Source: a virus. Taken from it: DNA of 64,000 nt. Positions 28,248 through 37,875 of this stretch are shown here, piece after piece. The stretch's first letter is position 1; each line of letters starts with the position of its first letter. The stretch covers positions 8,433-72,432 of IMG/VR virus record IMGVR_UViG_3300009314_000709. One strand, written 5' to 3'. The position numbers and the translations under genes were made by a program. The notes under the pieces were generated by a model. That model saw only the letters and a list, made by a program, of their open reading frames with translations, did not search any database and was not told the DNA's origin.

Positions 28248-29756
28248 ATGTCCTTCTATGGCGACATCATCGACCGAGTACGGCGATTCAGGCTGGGTAT
28301 TACTAATCCCAATGTCACTGAATCTCTAATAAAGAAGCGAGACGAGCCAAAGATGAAGGTTCATTCGGAAAATTGTCTCAAGTTGATGATCGAATATATC
28401 AACTTTCACACTGAGCCCGTTATGGCGGGCAAGTGTAAGCCAATCAACCACACGCATCTTTCAAGAGCCTTGGATCATTTTACCTGCCCCGATCCCACCT
28501 TTCCATCAAGCGTTCTTCGTGGCATACACTACATGAGATGGGAGGAGCTACTAACACAACATTTTGGTTGGGTTCCTCGGTGTAACCGACGTACAATGGA
28601 AGTGGTTCATCTTTCCGATGTGCTTGGAATGGCTAGAGAAGACGCTCTGGCCCGAGATGAAGGCGGCCTCATAGCCGTATCGGATATATCGAAGCCGGAT
28701 AAAACCACACCAGCGCCGCCAAATGTATTTGACTTTATGGCGAGGCATTTAGACTCGCACAGTGTTACTATACCGGACCACAAGGCATCACTATGGACGA
28801 TCAACCGTGATATCTTGGAAGAATCGGCTTCGTTAGCTGGTTTTCTTTACCTCGATCAGTTAGACTGTGATCTTAGCACAAACGACTATGAGGATTGGGC
28901 CGACCTACTCAAGATGACATATGCCGCTGGAGAAAGGCAACCTAAGTTATCAACAGCGCTACAGGAAGCACGAGAGGCGTGGCTAAGACTCGCCGAACCG
29001 CAAACCAACGAGACTCCTGGAGAAGATGATATGAGAAGCGCCCTATTTGCCGAAGTGAAAGTCGAAGACGCTGGTGCGGAACAGCTTTCCGATTGCGTAA
29101 CAGTGACTTCCCACCAATGTGATTTCTGCAAGAAGGAGGCGTCCGTCAACGGTCGCACTGGTGCCTTGTTGCAGAGGCTTACGGGAGACAACCAGTTCTT
29201 TTGTTCCTTCTGCGTGCGCAATGACTTCCACACGAAGAAACGAAAGGACGTTCTCATACTCACGCTACGTGCTTTGATCGGCTATCTCTACTATTTCTGC
29301 TATTTCGGCAAGACGCCAAGGCTCTTTCTTTCGGAGGTCGGGGACATGGTAACGATCCATGTAGCCATAGGGCGACAGAATCCCCTCTTCGTATACGATC
29401 CAGATACGTTTTGTTGGTTCGTAGACTTTTCCAAGGTAGGGACTACAAAGAAGAAGGTGCCGGTTGCCGAGGTGATTCGCACCGTAAATGAGATGATCTC
29501 TGCCTTCAATCCCTACAATCATATTAAGGAATTCAAGAGCCACAAATACTCTGAACGATTTGCGGAAGCGATCATGGATTTCTATCAGCGTAGATACCGG
29601 CCGCAAGCCAAGGCAGTCTGTGCTCCCACCTTACTTCACTGCGCTTCAGATATGCGAGAACAGCAAAAAGACCACACGACAACGACGAAAAAGATCGACA
29701 TTGCTGTTTTCCGTGATTTCCTGCCTGGCTCTTTCAAATTGAATCCTCGTCGCTAA
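28233..29756 (+). CDS. hypothetical protein with Zn-finger (CDFC...CSFC)
   Basis: Long ORF; probable start MSFYGD. Confidence 0.6.
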   Translation: MQALHMSFYGDIIDRVRRFRLGITNPNVTESLIKKRDEPKMKVHSENCLKLMIEYINFHTEPVMAGKCKPINHTHLSRALDHFTCPDPTFPSSVLRGIHYMRWEELLTQHFGWVPRCNRRTMEVVHLSDVLGMAREDALARDEGGLIAVSDISKPDKTTPAPPNVFDFMARHLDSHSVTIPDHKASLWTINRDILEESASLAGFLYLDQLDCDLSTNDYEDWADLLKMTYAAGERQPKLSTALQEAREAWLRLAEPQTNETPGEDDMRSALFAEVKVEDAGAEQLSDCVTVTSHQCDFCKKEASVNGRTGALLQRLTGDNQFFCSFCVRNDFHTKKRKDVLILTLRALIGYLYYFCYFGKTPRLFLSEVGDMVTIHVAIGRQNPLFVYDPDTFCWFVDFSKVGTTKKKVPVAEVIRTVNEMISAFNPYNHIKEFKSHKYSERFAEAIMDFYQRRYRPQAKAVCAPTLLHCASDMREQQKDHTTTTKKIDIAVFRDFLPGSFKLNPRR

Positions 29757-29806
29757 AAACGCAATCGTTGTGGCTACATACTCTCAAATACAAGGGAGAT
29801 GTAGCT

Positions 29807-30522
29807 ATGGCTCTAACCGAACGTCGCACTTTCGATAGTTTCCTTCAGGAAAAGCAACTTGATCCAATCATCCAAGAGACAGCTTGGAAGCTCGTCGAGG
29901 CCCATGAAGCAGGCGTTGACATCTCACCTTACCTTGAACTTCTTGAAGCAGGTTGGGCACAAAAGGCAGGAAGCGCAATAGGTGGGGCCATTGGCACAGG
30001 GTTAGGGCGATTAGCAGGCGCAGCAACTGCCGGACTTAGCGGCGGAGTCATGCGAGGCGCTCAGCGTGCCGGTCGTGCATTGGTACATGGCCAAGAGGAA
30101 GATAATCCTTCTTTCCAACTCAAAGACGCAATTGCTTTTGTAAACAAGGCTGTTAAGGCGGCTCCGAATATTGGTTCACAAGGAAAAGGCATCGCACAAA
30201 GTCTACAGCAAGTAACACGCCAGCTAGATCAACACATGAAGACCTTGCAGACACTTGAAAAACAACAAGGAACAGGACAACAACCAACAGGCGCAACACA
30301 GCCAGCGGCGGGCACGCCACAACCGCCACCGCTACCGCCAGTAGCACAACGGCAGCAGCGCCAGCAGCGCCGCCAGTAGCACAACCAGCAGCAACAGCGG
30401 CAGCACCCCAACAACCACCACCAGCTAGACGAAGACGACCAGTAGCACGAGCGCCAGGAGAAGGTCAAGCTGCGACGGCAATGAGACGAGCAGATATGGC
30501 CCGTATGACGGGTAGAGGTTAA
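29807..30522 (+). CDS. putative head-packaged glycine-zipper protein with an apparent frameshift near 30350
   Basis: RTFDSFLQEKQLD, GSAIGGAIGTGLG. The Pro/Ala/Gln tail continues in the -1 frame to TAA 30520-30522. CTACATA at 29774-29780. Confidence 0.6.
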
Positions 30523-30749
30523 CGCCAATTGATTCCGTGTTTCTTGACATCGTCAAGGACACCTAACACCGTGAGACCTATGGCCCACAACACCCACCAC
30601 GGCCAATAGCTCGTGATACCTTTGACTAACCCGTGATTCCACGCCGCTACGACATAGCAGACGATGCCGACGAAAAAGAGAAGTTTGCCCAGGTGCGCCC
30701 ATATACTTCCCCTACTGAAACCACGCCAAAATGCTTTTAAGGCTTCCAT
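30519..30749 (-). CDS. small membrane protein
   Basis: Two hydrophobic helices. Confidence 0.55.
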   Translation of the reverse strand: MEALKAFWRGFSRGSIWAHLGKLLFFVGIVCYVVAAWNHGLVKGITSYWPWWVLWAIGLTVLGVLDDVKKHGINWR

Positions 30750-30922
30750 CTCAGATTACCTCATATCTCGAAGCGTGTGAAGGACAAACCAGGTTGCTTC
30801 TGTACCTGCCCAACAGATGGCAAAGACACAGAAAAGGAGAACGGCAGCCATAGCCACTGCGGCAATCACGTTCCTCATTACTCGGTCCTTTCGTTCTCTA
30901 CAACCACAGTATAGCACAGTTG

Positions 30923-32515
30923 TCAGAGAGTCGAAACAGCCGAGGCCGCTTCATCAAAGGGTTGCCACCATTTGCCTTTTTTGCGTTGGCGGAAGAGTCT
31001 AACCGATTCATACCAAACGGTTTTCGGTGATTCGAGGCCCCATCGCCAATCGGGTACAAGAGGCAGCATCAGAAATGTTTGTTTGCCCATACCCCCAGCT
31101 AGATGGGCCACAGACGTGTCGACTGTTACAATCAAGTCCATCTTCGAGATTAGATTAGCGGTTGAGTTGTAATCGGTAATCATGCCGCTCAAGTCCACGA
31201 TTGGCATCTGTTGAGCGTTCGCTCCAAGGTCCACTTCTTCGCCTTCCCAAGTTCGCTTGCGGTTGTCTTTCTGCAAACTAAACACTTGGTATTTCTCGCT
31301 GTTAAGTTGGCAGAAAGGCCAGAATTGAGTTGCGTGGCACGACCGTTTTGAGTCGTTATGATGGATGGAGCTACCCGCCCAAACGATCCCGATTTTGAAC
31401 TTGTCTTCATACGGCTTCCAGATATGCGGTTCTAGTTCTGGCGCAAACTCAGTGTCGGGCTTAACGTAAGGATCGCAAACCATGTCTTTCTCGTCATACA
31501 GTTTGAGGACACGAGGTAGGCTAGATATTGATTGGTGGTAGTCAATGTCGTAATCACAACATATGTCTTCGCTAGTAAAGGTTCCATATGTTGAAAAGGT
31601 TACAGCGGGATCAACCACCTCATCAACGAACCCTGTGCGGCGTAAAATCGTGGTCAAATCGCCCCGCTCGAAACTGGAATTCCACTCCATTACCACGTAC
31701 GCTCCTTGCTCTCGTAGGTGTCGTGCAAACCGAATGAATTGAATGGCGTCCCCTGCGCCTTGTTCGGCATACAGATAGACCACCTTATCTTCGGACAATG
31801 GCTGTCCTGTCCAAAGCGGCCAACCAGATAACTGGTCTCGGGTTTTGCTGAAGTCTGGGAACTGCGCCCATCGTGATTCATATTCCTCCCAGCCTTCTTT
31901 GTACTGCTTTGCCAACAGTAGCGCAGAAGCTCGGTTCCAGCAGGCAGGTGTAAACTCCGGCATTAGCGAGTGCACCTCTTTGAAACATTGAGCAGCTTTT
32001 TCTGGCTCCAATTCATCCAAGAGCACATTGCCGTAATTGAACTTCAACATCGGCACGTACTTTGAAGGAATCTGCATCGCTAGCGACAATGTTTTTCGAG
32101 CATCATCATAGCGGCCAGCACCTTGATGCTCCAAGGCGATATTACTACGAATCACAACTGATTCTGGATTGAGTTGTAGAGCTTGAAGAAGAGAAGCATG
32201 TGCTCTACTCCGCTCTCCCATCGCTCCGCAAACCACGCCCATTGTGTTCCAATATTCCCAGTTATCAGGGCGCTCATCTACAAGTGTTTTCAGAATCTCA
32301 TCCGCTTCTTTGTTCTTTCCCTGTTTGTGTAAACTCAATGCCAACAAGTGGTCTGCTTGGTCTGAACCAGTGATTATTCGCTTCAACTGACGAAGCAATT
32401 TTTCGGCATAAGCGAAGTCTCCTTCTTGTAGACATTCCCCCGCTTTTGCAAGAGTTTGATTCGATAGTTTTTTGATTTCCGCCACGCTGACGGTTGAAGG
32501 TTGTCTGGTTATCAT
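30923..32515 (-). CDS. TPR-containing glycosyltransferase family 9 (heptosyltransferase-like)
   Basis: N-terminal TPRs, GWEEYESRW, EQGAGDAIQF.RF, KIGIVWAGS, DLIVTVDTSVAHLAG, PDWRW. Start moved to MITRQ. Confidence 0.9.
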   Translation of the reverse strand: MITRQPSTVSVAEIKKLSNQTLAKAGECLQEGDFAYAEKLLRQLKRIITGSDQADHLLALSLHKQGKNKEADEILKTLVDERPDNWEYWNTMGVVCGAMGERSRAHASLLQALQLNPESVVIRSNIALEHQGAGRYDDARKTLSLAMQIPSKYVPMLKFNYGNVLLDELEPEKAAQCFKEVHSLMPEFTPACWNRASALLLAKQYKEGWEEYESRWAQFPDFSKTRDQLSGWPLWTGQPLSEDKVVYLYAEQGAGDAIQFIRFARHLREQGAYVVMEWNSSFERGDLTTILRRTGFVDEVVDPAVTFSTYGTFTSEDICCDYDIDYHQSISSLPRVLKLYDEKDMVCDPYVKPDTEFAPELEPHIWKPYEDKFKIGIVWAGSSIHHNDSKRSCHATQFWPFCQLNSEKYQVFSLQKDNRKRTWEGEEVDLGANAQQMPIVDLSGMITDYNSTANLISKMDLIVTVDTSVAHLAGGMGKQTFLMLPLVPDWRWGLESPKTVWYESVRLFRQRKKGKWWQPFDEAASAVSTL

Positions 32516-32584
32516 ATTTCGGCTAAGCCCTACTAAATAAGAAGGAGTGTCACTGTCACCGTAATATAGACAAAAGGAGCCAAA

Positions 32585-32785
32585 ATGGGATGTGGATGCA
32601 GACGTAATCAACGTCAACGACGTAACGTACAAATGGCTCGACCCAGAACGACGACTAGCAACCAGCGAGCTAATATCGCCGCAAGATCAGTATTTCAAGG
32701 TGCTGTTTCTGCCGCTACAAAGCGACAGCGAAAAAGGATTGAGAAACTGCGACGAGAGACTATTCAATCAAAGTTCGGAAAGTGA
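32585..32785 (+). CDS. small basic late protein (MGCGC start)
   Basis: AGGAG RBS; CTAAATA at 32533-32539; Arg-rich. Confidence 0.55.
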   Translation: MGCGCRRNQRQRRNVQMARPRTTTSNQRANIAARSVFQGAVSAATKRQRKRIEKLRRETIQSKFGK

Positions 32786-33631
32786 TGACTGTCCAATATC
32801 AACCTTGGGCGAAATGTCTGGCATATGCCACAATCGAGAGTCGAGAGCTACGTTCAATCGCTGACCGTACAACTGCCAGATCATTGTGACATCTTCTTCA
32901 TACCATCGCATTACTATCTTCGCAGGAACAGCAACTTCGCCGTTCGCCAACAACTTGTGCTCGTAGACTTCGGCGCTGCATACTAGTCGGCCTTCTTCAT
33001 AGATGTAATGCCCAATGATCGCCACCTTTGCCGGGTCTATGAGGACAATGCGAAGGATAGGTCGGCGCTGCATGTTCGTCGTCTTTTCTACAATCTCCCA
33101 GTATGGACCTCTTCTTCGTGCTACCACCCCTTTAACACTCACCGGATCAAAGCCAAGTATGCTTTTGAGCCACACGGGATGAAACGGCGTCTTGAGCCTG
33201 TTATGATAAAGGTTGTCGTAGCTGGAGTAGTAAAGGGCGGCGGGTGTCATCCGACGTGACCAGAACCAGAAGTGGTCGTCGTTAGAACCAATATCCATTT
33301 CTCGCCCGCTAATGGACCGTACGAACATACGAAAGCGGCGATCCTTTTCATACCTGATCTGCCCGTTAAGGTTCATCCATCGTTTCTGTTTAACAGTGAT
33401 CCTGACTCGATCACACGAGAAGCTATGTATCAACTGATTTCGGGCGTTGATTCTTTCAACAAGCTCCAGAACCTCACCGGAGAGTTCTTGTGGAGGTTGT
33501 TCCGGCAACTCAGCAATAAGCGATCCCGCAGGCGGTATAGATGGAGTTGGCCGTGTCACAAACACCAAAGCAACTAGCGAGACAACGACAACTCCTATAG
33601 CAGCAAAATCACGGACCCGATCTAAGGCCAT
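32768..33631 (-). CDS. membrane-anchored LolA/LolB-like beta-sheet protein (planctomycete-type hypothetical)
   Basis: N-terminal TM; GREMDIGSNDDHFWFW motif. Confidence 0.55.
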   Translation of the reverse strand: MALDRVRDFAAIGVVVVSLVALVFVTRPTPSIPPAGSLIAELPEQPPQELSGEVLELVERINARNQLIHSFSCDRVRITVKQKRWMNLNGQIRYEKDRRFRMFVRSISGREMDIGSNDDHFWFWSRRMTPAALYYSSYDNLYHNRLKTPFHPVWLKSILGFDPVSVKGVVARRRGPYWEIVEKTTNMQRRPILRIVLIDPAKVAIIGHYIYEEGRLVCSAEVYEHKLLANGEVAVPAKIVMRWYEEDVTMIWQLYGQRLNVALDSRLWHMPDISPKVDIGQSSLSEL

Positions 33632-33646
33632 CTCTCTTCTCTGATC

Positions 33647-34027
33647 TTACATGACGACAGGGCGAGCGGGCGGCGGTTGTTCACTTCCAACTCCGCTACT
33701 AAGATAACCTGCCGTTTGTTGTGGGTCGGCCATGAGGCTACTTAATGCATTTGTTATTAGGTGTTGTAAAGCCCTCTCGGGTTTTTCTTCTATTCCTCTT
33801 TGTACTGCTCGCACATGCTTCGCATATTCGTATTCTATTTTCCGTATCTTTTCAACCAAGTCTGCATTACCTTCGCTTTCCGCTGCCTGTCTAGCGTTTC
33901 CTAAGATACCATATGCTTGCTGCGAACTCATGGTGTGAAGGTTCTTAACAGCGTTTATAGCACTTTGCATGGGGTCGGTGTCTGTGGTAAATTCCCTAAT
34001 TGTCAACCACTCATCGAAACGTATCAT
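33647..34027 (-). CDS. putative internal head protein
   Basis: Start MIRFDEWLTIRE with GGGAG RBS; CTATATA at 34054-34060. Confidence 0.55.
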   Translation of the reverse strand: MIRFDEWLTIREFTTDTDPMQSAINAVKNLHTMSSQQAYGILGNARQAAESEGNADLVEKIRKIEYEYAKHVRAVQRGIEEKPERALQHLITNALSSLMADPQQTAGYLSSGVGSEQPPPARPVVM

Positions 34028-34076
34028 TATGTGCTCCCATGAAATGTCCCTGTTATATAGTACACAGTACGGGGAT

Positions 34077-34451
34077 TTAAGGCCATCTCTCTTCTCTGGC
34101 TTCTCGGCGACCTTCCTCATATCCTCGCTTGTATTGATAGCGATCAAAATATTTTGGGTTTGGGGAATAGCTGTGATAGCCATCCAAATACCCCATACGA
34201 TAAGCGTGCTGTGGCCCTATGCTGATTTCTGTCTTCCCATCAGAGCCAGTCTGGATATCAAGAAGCATACCACGGTAACGAAAACGATTCTCCCGTGGCT
34301 TTACCGGCACTACGATGTCAATTTGGGTATGACCAACAGACGGATCGCAACCCTGTGGCGGTTGGTCTTGATATTCTCTTACACCACAACCCGCTCCAAA
34401 CAGTAATAGCCCTGCCGTCAAGGCCAACACCGTAATAGTTAAACTCTTCAT
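34077..34451 (-). CDS. putative lipoprotein
   Basis: Signal peptide with GAGC lipobox; YRMGYLDGY and YKRGYEEG repeats. Confidence 0.6.
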   Translation of the reverse strand: MKSLTITVLALTAGLLLFGAGCGVREYQDQPPQGCDPSVGHTQIDIVVPVKPRENRFRYRGMLLDIQTGSDGKTEISIGPQHAYRMGYLDGYHSYSPNPKYFDRYQYKRGYEEGRREAREERWP

Positions 34452-34565
34452 TTCGTTCTCCTGTGAACATTACACTGAATTTATCTATCCTCGAAGCAGG
34501 GTTAACAACAAAACGACGAAATTTTATTGTTGCCATCCTACATAGTTAGACCAGTCGCATATGCG

Positions 34566-35318
34566 ATGTTGTACAAGAAATTTATAACGGAGACCAGGAT
34601 GAGTGAATTCACCAGATGGCAAATGCTAAATGAAGCTCTTGGTTTCCCGCTCGGTGTGAAGTCAGCACAGAGCTTGGGAATCGCAGGCTTCCACCTTGAG
34701 GAAAAGAAGAAGAAAATGGGCGTTGGCGACGAAATAGCGCCACCCGATGACGACGATGAGGACGAACTGGATGTTGATGACGAGGACGAGGACGAGGACG
34801 ACAAGCCAGAACTCCCCGTTGACGACGACAAGCCAGATGACGCACCAGATGCAGACAAGCCTCCATGCAGTTGTGGTAAACCCGATATAGACGATAAAGG
34901 GTTCTGCAAAAAGTGTAAGAAGCGATGCAAGAAGAATGCTAAGAAACACGCCAAAAAGGCGCTCAAGAAGGAAGATGTCTTCGGCTCCTATGAAGATAGT
35001 TCTTTCCAAGAAATGCCAGAAGTTGGCAGCGAGGAATATCGGCAAGCCTTCTTGAAGAGTCTCGAAGATCACTTTGGTGATCCGAAACGGCGACATGGTG
35101 GCGGCGTCAATCTCGAAGAAGAAGTCGTCTTCGAGCCACAAGACAACCAATCGCCCCTCACCGAACCCAAACCGGGCGAGGCAGGGTTCGCTCCACAAAC
35201 CCGCATCGGCGGCGAACTTGGCGGCCAGGATACACCGCCGAAAGCCGATTGGGAAAAGCAATGGCAGCAAGTCGGCGAGCAGTTTGTTGAGTTCTTGGCT
35301 TCTAAAGACAAGAAATAA
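34566..35318 (+). CDS. acidic prohead core/scaffold-like protein
   Basis: KFITE and FTRWQMLNE motifs, poly-Asp/Glu tract, CSC..CKKC; CTACATA at 34538-34544. Confidence 0.55.
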   Translation: MLYKKFITETRMSEFTRWQMLNEALGFPLGVKSAQSLGIAGFHLEEKKKKMGVGDEIAPPDDDDEDELDVDDEDEDEDDKPELPVDDDKPDDAPDADKPPCSCGKPDIDDKGFCKKCKKRCKKNAKKHAKKALKKEDVFGSYEDSSFQEMPEVGSEEYRQAFLKSLEDHFGDPKRRHGGGVNLEEEVVFEPQDNQSPLTEPKPGEAGFAPQTRIGGELGGQDTPPKADWEKQWQQVGEQFVEFLASKDKK

Positions 35319-35408
35319 TGCAGCCGGACGTGCCTCTACCGGAGATTTGATGCATTCGAGAGCATTAGGAACAGGCTTTAATCGCTACGGCCAGGGAAGC
35401 TAGCACTA

Positions 35409-35443
35409 AATCCCCTCGTCCCGCCAAGCGGGACGAGGGGATT
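35409..35443. terminator. intrinsic terminator hairpin
   Basis: AATCCCCTCGTCCCGC-CAA-GCGGGACGAGGGGATT between convergent genes. Confidence 0.75.
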
Positions 35444-35448
35444 ATTTG

Positions 35449-35826
35449 TCATTGCCTGATGCGAAATTTCTCCGTACCACAGTAGGGACAATATGTCCAT
35501 CCCAACTCAAGTTCCTCTCTACAAAGATCGCAGAAGGGATCATCATCGTCGTGCCAGTGATCGTGTTTGATGTGGCCGTGATAAACAATCTGGCTAATGA
35601 TGATGACTACGGGGATGAAGGTCAGAAGCTGCTTCATAAAGAACACGAAGCTCTCTTCGTAGACGGCCGTGATAATCAACATCCCAAAACCTAGTGCCAG
35701 CAGGATATGGTACGGTAGGGACAAGTCACGCACCTCTCTGTGCTTTTGTATCTTCCAGATTTGCAGCCAGTAGCTAAAGGCTAAAACGCCGATTGCTACG
35801 TAGGATAGTGTACTCAGCATTTGCAT
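35449..35826 (-). CDS. PQ-loop/SemiSWEET-like membrane protein with C-terminal zinc ribbon
   Basis: WLQIWKIQKHREVRDLSL, three TMs, CDLC...CPYCG. Start moved past the terminator to MQML. Confidence 0.7.
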   Translation of the reverse strand: MQMLSTLSYVAIGVLAFSYWLQIWKIQKHREVRDLSLPYHILLALGFGMLIITAVYEESFVFFMKQLLTFIPVVIIISQIVYHGHIKHDHWHDDDDPFCDLCREELELGWTYCPYCGTEKFRIRQ

Positions 35827-35842
35827 ACCCTCCCCGGTGCGC

Positions 35843-35884
35843 AAAAACACCCCCACCGCATAATTGCGGTGGGGGTGTTTTTTT
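35843..35884. terminator. bidirectional intrinsic terminator
   Basis: AAAAACACCCCCACCGCA-TAAT-TGCGGTGGGGGTGTTTTTTT. Confidence 0.85.
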
Positions 35885-35907
35885 GTATTCAAAGGGACTG
35901 TTGTGGA

Positions 35908-36492
35908 CTAGGCATCGGCATCGGCATCGGTTCCACCGGCTGCGGCTTGGGCTGACGTAAAGGCGGCTCGTGCGGCTTTGGTTTCGGCTTCGGCTCTCTT
36001 GATGGGGTTGGCCTCGAAGGAGGCGTCGTCGGTCTCGGTACTGGTATCTCTATCATCTTCTTCTGTCTCCGGTGACGGGAATAAGCCTATCTCTCGCAGG
36101 TAGTCCTTGAAAGCTCCTGGCAAATGAATAGGGATCGTTCGGACAAAGAGAGCTAGACCGATCAACTTTTCCTCATCTTCTACATCTTCATAGATGGATT
36201 CAGATTCTATTATTGCGTAGACGAACAGATAATCATCACTGTAGATCATTTTCCCCCGGTGGGTTTCATTGAGCAGCCTTTTCTGACTCATGGCTCGTCG
36301 TATCTCTTTATCAAAGTAGTCGCCAGGAGTTTCATTCACTGGTGTCGCTTCTGTACTGCCAGCGTGGCTACACTTCTTACCCTCGGGTATGAACTTATAA
36401 CATATCTCGTTAGTCGCCCAACCGCCGAGGATCAAAGTTCCCTTTTCGGGCTTGTCTTCCAAGTCGAGAGTGTATTGAACCCAAATCTCCAT
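35908..36492 (-). CDS. hypothetical protein
   Basis: ORF in the minus-strand run; acidic/Ala-rich tail. Confidence 0.55.
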   Translation of the reverse strand: MEIWVQYTLDLEDKPEKGTLILGGWATNEICYKFIPEGKKCSHAGSTEATPVNETPGDYFDKEIRRAMSQKRLLNETHRGKMIYSDDYLFVYAIIESESIYEDVEDEEKLIGLALFVRTIPIHLPGAFKDYLREIGLFPSPETEEDDRDTSTETDDASFEANPIKRAEAETKAARAAFTSAQAAAGGTDADADA

Positions 36493-36494
36493 CG

Positions 36495-37328
36495 CTAAAC
36501 CTGATTGTCCAAGAAGTCATTGGACACCCGAATACGTTTCAAGGATGTGAAAAACTGAGACACAACGTAACTTCGATGCAAGCCCTTCCAGACATAGATA
36601 AGGGCAGCCAAAATACCGCCTGTGGTAGTGCCCTGTTGCACGAGAATGTACACGATGCAAATCTCAGCAATGATGATGCAAATGTGTGTTATCGCCCACG
36701 TCAGCGCATCATAATCTGACTGCCGTATCAGTCTTCTTTTGATGAGCGAATAGCCTTCCTCCACTGTTTCCAGATCGTGCAGCGCAATAGCCGAACTCAC
36801 GTCTTCCCGGTGCACTTGCTCTTGATGCTGTTGAGTCATTGCCCAACATGCTATCACGTACCCCGTGAAGCAACAGAAAGCAATCAGCGAGGCAAAAACA
36901 ATCGTAACATCCCCGACGATAAACCAAAGGAAGCCAATGCTCACAAAGATGTCAATAATGGCGCACGCCGCCGATGGTAAGACGAATTCATAGAAATCAG
37001 CATACCTTCGTACCAATTCTTGACGACTAATGATTTTCGGAACGGCAACACGAAGTGCGACTAGTTTTCGAGCCGTCTCACCGGCCACCCTCGCCCAGAC
37101 ATCACCAAAAGCTCTGGTGTCGAATAACCTTCTCCCAGTCCCGATCAGCAAACCAACGATACAGATGCCAATATATCCCGCAAAGGCATACCACGACCCA
37201 TCTAATGCCATATCGAGCGCCTTGCCCAGCAAGTAGGGAAGGCAAGCGAACATGACGAATTCCACCAACAGCGTCGTGTACGTCGCTATGATGCGGAACT
37301 TATTGTCGAGAAACATTCGCCACAACAT
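36495..37328 (-). CDS. ABC transporter six-transmembrane-domain protein (no ATPase domain)
   Basis: TLLVE...PYLLGKALD, GTGRRLFDTRAF motif of the ABC_membrane_3-type family. Confidence 0.7.
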   Translation of the reverse strand: MLWRMFLDNKFRIIATYTTLLVEFVMFACLPYLLGKALDMALDGSWYAFAGYIGICIVGLLIGTGRRLFDTRAFGDVWARVAGETARKLVALRVAVPKIISRQELVRRYADFYEFVLPSAACAIIDIFVSIGFLWFIVGDVTIVFASLIAFCCFTGYVIACWAMTQQHQEQVHREDVSSAIALHDLETVEEGYSLIKRRLIRQSDYDALTWAITHICIIIAEICIVYILVQQGTTTGGILAALIYVWKGLHRSYVVSQFFTSLKRIRVSNDFLDNQV

Positions 37329-37352
37329 ACAACCCTCTCACACACAAAAAAC

Positions 37353-37645
37353 ACGTCAGTCTCGTACCCAGGATTCTGTTTAATGCGGCCATTTATCTGG
37401 TGGCCTCGACCCGGCTATCATAGCCCTGTTCACCGGCTAAGCCTGTTTGAGTTGCACCCTCTGGGGTCCAAGCGGATGTATGCCAGGCACATTTACCTTG
37501 GCGTGATGTCAAGCGTTTCGCTGTTTGCACTCACGCAAGCCGTGAATGGCCGATCATACACCCTCCCCCATTAGAACAGCGGTGTCCTGAAGTTCCTCAC
37601 ATCCTTACTGGTAGGTAAGGGTAGTGCGACCGCTCGGACTGACGT
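37353..37645 (-). ncRNA. rnpB: RNase P RNA (compact bacterial-type)
   Basis: P1 (ACGUCAGUC/GACUGACGU); CR-I GAGGAACUUCAGGAC pairing with CR-V AACAGAAUCCUGGGUAC (P4); CR-IV AGAUAAAUGGCCGC pairing with GCGGUCG (P2); CR-II/III GAGUGCAAACAG..GAAACG. Confidence 0.88.
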
Positions 37646-37659
37646 ATCTGGTTTACAAT

Positions 37660-37875
37660 TCACCCTACGTGTGAAAGGTGTGTGATGGTGCCATCTTCGA
37701 CGACGACATTGAGCCTATTCGTACAGTAGTCGGCGGTTCCAACGTAGCATTTGCCGTCTTCTTGTAAGATGCGTAGAGTGAAGCCCTTTGATTCTACCAG
37801 ATGTTTAGCTTGATCGATTTCTAATCCGATAATGCTCTTACTGAGATATCGCTTTGCGTTCAACCGAACCCCCAA
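37660..37875 (-). CDS. peptidase inhibitor I78-like protein
   Basis: IIGL...LRI...TADYCTNRLNVVVEDGTI...VG. Confidence 0.7.
   Translation of the reverse strand: MGVRLNAKRYLSKSIIGLEIDQAKHLVESKGFTLRILQEDGKCYVGTADYCTNRLNVVVEDGTITHLSHVG

Noticed and set aside
34538-35270. Long antisense ORFs (34538-34966, 34662-35270) and similar shadows at 24592-25171 and 40306-40977
   Set aside because: Reverse-frame or alternate-frame artefacts of real genes, without motifs or translation signals.
37383-37574. 63-aa + strand ORF
   Set aside because: Antisense shadow of the RNase P RNA.
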